DNA from: a virus
Taxonomy: Duplodnaviria; Caudoviricetes
Virus record (IMG/VR): IMGVR_UViG_3300010362_000032
Span: 1 to 46,568 of that record
Reading direction: 5' to 3' (one strand)
Length of the DNA: 46,568 nt
The notes under the pieces were generated by a model that was given only the letters and a program-made list of their open reading frames with translations, was not told the DNA's origin and did not search any database. This document shows, piece by piece, positions 45,681 through 46,568 of the stretch. Numbering within the stretch: position 1 is the first letter of the stretch; each line of letters opens with the position of its first letter. The position numbers were made by a program, and so were the translations under genes.

Positions 45681-46568
45681 CGTACTCTCCTTGCAAAGAT
45701 GGCGCCAGTATAGGCGACACTGTTTGTTGTGGCCCTGGCCATAAAGAAGGCATTGCCCGAAGCACTAAGCGATATTCGCATTCTACAACTTAATGGCTGG
45801 TTTTGACCAACATTTAGCACAGCTGTAACTACAAAGCCATTAGCAAGATTAAGTGTAGCAGATGAATTTAGACAAACCTCCGAAGTAGCACCACCAGAAG
45901 AGTTCTGTTGAGTTCCCTGTATCCATACATCCCAATCACCAGCAGTAAGGGCCATGCTAGCGACGGCAGTTGTATTACCTGCCGATACAGTTGACGAGAA
46001 GCCAACTGGCGTTGGATACTCACCAACGAACCCGGCAGCAGCATTATTACCGACAGACGTACCTAAAAGATCAACACCACCTGCCGCATTAAAGTTAGCG
46101 ACAACTACTGGCCCAAGAACGCTATGGTACTGATATATCTGCATCGTGTTATCGATGCCAGTAGCGGTAGCATTACCATTCATGGTCCATCGGAATAGTC
46201 CAGCGGTAGCCCATCCAGCTCCATATGCAGCACGAACAATAATCTGCGCAAGCATATCACCAGTTTGTACAGTAGTAAATGTATTCGATGTAGTCCCTCG
46301 GCTCTTGCCAAGAGTCAGTTCCATAGCAAGTGCGTCATTGCTCCATTTGCTCCAGTAAACTCCTTGGGCCGCCATAGCGGCTTCGTTATTGATCTCAAAA
46401 ACCCCTCCACTCAAAGCAAACGGCATTGGCCCAATAACAACGGTTTGATTGGAGTTAAACGTGATCGACCGCTTAGAGCCACCAGCAACAGGAACAACGT
46501 TCATCCCAAAGCCTGCCGGAACAATGGAACCAGACGGCGTGCCTTGAACGCTGCCAACTAGTGAACAA
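45677..46568 (-). CDS. Tail fibre-like protein, 5'-truncated by window end
   Basis: Frame stays open to the window edge upstream of MNVV; NAAAGFVGEY..LTAGDWDV..ARRVR C-terminal domain. Confidence 0.7.
   Translation of the reverse strand, partial: CSLVGSVQGTPSGSIVPAGFGMNVVPVAGGSKRSITFNSNQTVVIGPMPFALSGGVFEINNEAAMAAQGVYWSKWSNDALAMELTLGKSRGTTSNTFTTVQTGDMLAQIIVRAAYGAGWATAGLFRWTMNGNATATGIDNTMQIYQYHSVLGPVVVANFNAAGGVDLLGTSVGNNAAAGFVGEYPTPVGFSSTVSAGNTTAVASMALTAGDWDVWIQGTQQNSSGGATSEVCLNSSATLNLANGFVVTAVLNVGQNQPLSCRMRISLSASGNAFFMARATTNSVAYTGAIFARRVR

Larger units (their letters stand above)
1..46568. mobile_element. Podovirus-type bacteriophage genome (BPP-1-like structural module), near complete; probable alphaproteobacterial host
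   Basis: Terminase, portal, capsid, tail tubular A/B, ejection proteins, PolA and endolysin present; no host housekeeping genes; GAAC-N7-GAAC boxes suggest host class. Confidence 0.95.

Noticed and set aside
1-46568. Diversity-generating retroelement, expected from BPP-1 relatedness
   Set aside because: No reverse transcriptase ORF and no template/variable repeat pair seen; the missing genome segment cannot be excluded

Overview
The window is a near-complete genome of a podovirus-type dsDNA phage with BPP-1-like structural genes. Both ends break inside the same minus-strand late operon. Layout: (i) 1-11011 (-) packaging/head genes (probable terS, SLT transglycosylase, terL, portal, scaffold, Bbp17-like capsid, Bbp16-like cement); (ii) 11012-12440 mostly non-coding, repeat- and hairpin-rich DNA; (iii) 12438-16640 (-) small early genes; (iv) 16641-17069 divergent control region with alphaproteobacterial-type LexA boxes and a consensus sigma70 promoter; (v) 17070-28767 (+) replication/recombination and probable anti-defence genes (GIY-YIG, Acb2/Tad1-like, SF1 helicase, Cas4-like nuclease, Sak4-like ATPase, SSB, split UDG-exonuclease plus PolA, DUF3987 ATPase); (vi) 28757-46568 (-) lysis, ejection, tail and fibre genes. 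I see no integrase, CI repressor, RNA polymerase, primase or reverse transcriptase. Most interesting signals: a shared C-terminal [KTP]-F-x-R-R-[FAL] motif on many unrelated proteins, host-LexA boxes in a phage with no lysogeny module, twin paralogous promoters for the replication and late operons, strong TAACGC over-representation, a nested inverted-repeat element, and a three-member paralogue family. All family assignments come from motif recognition by eye, not database searches.
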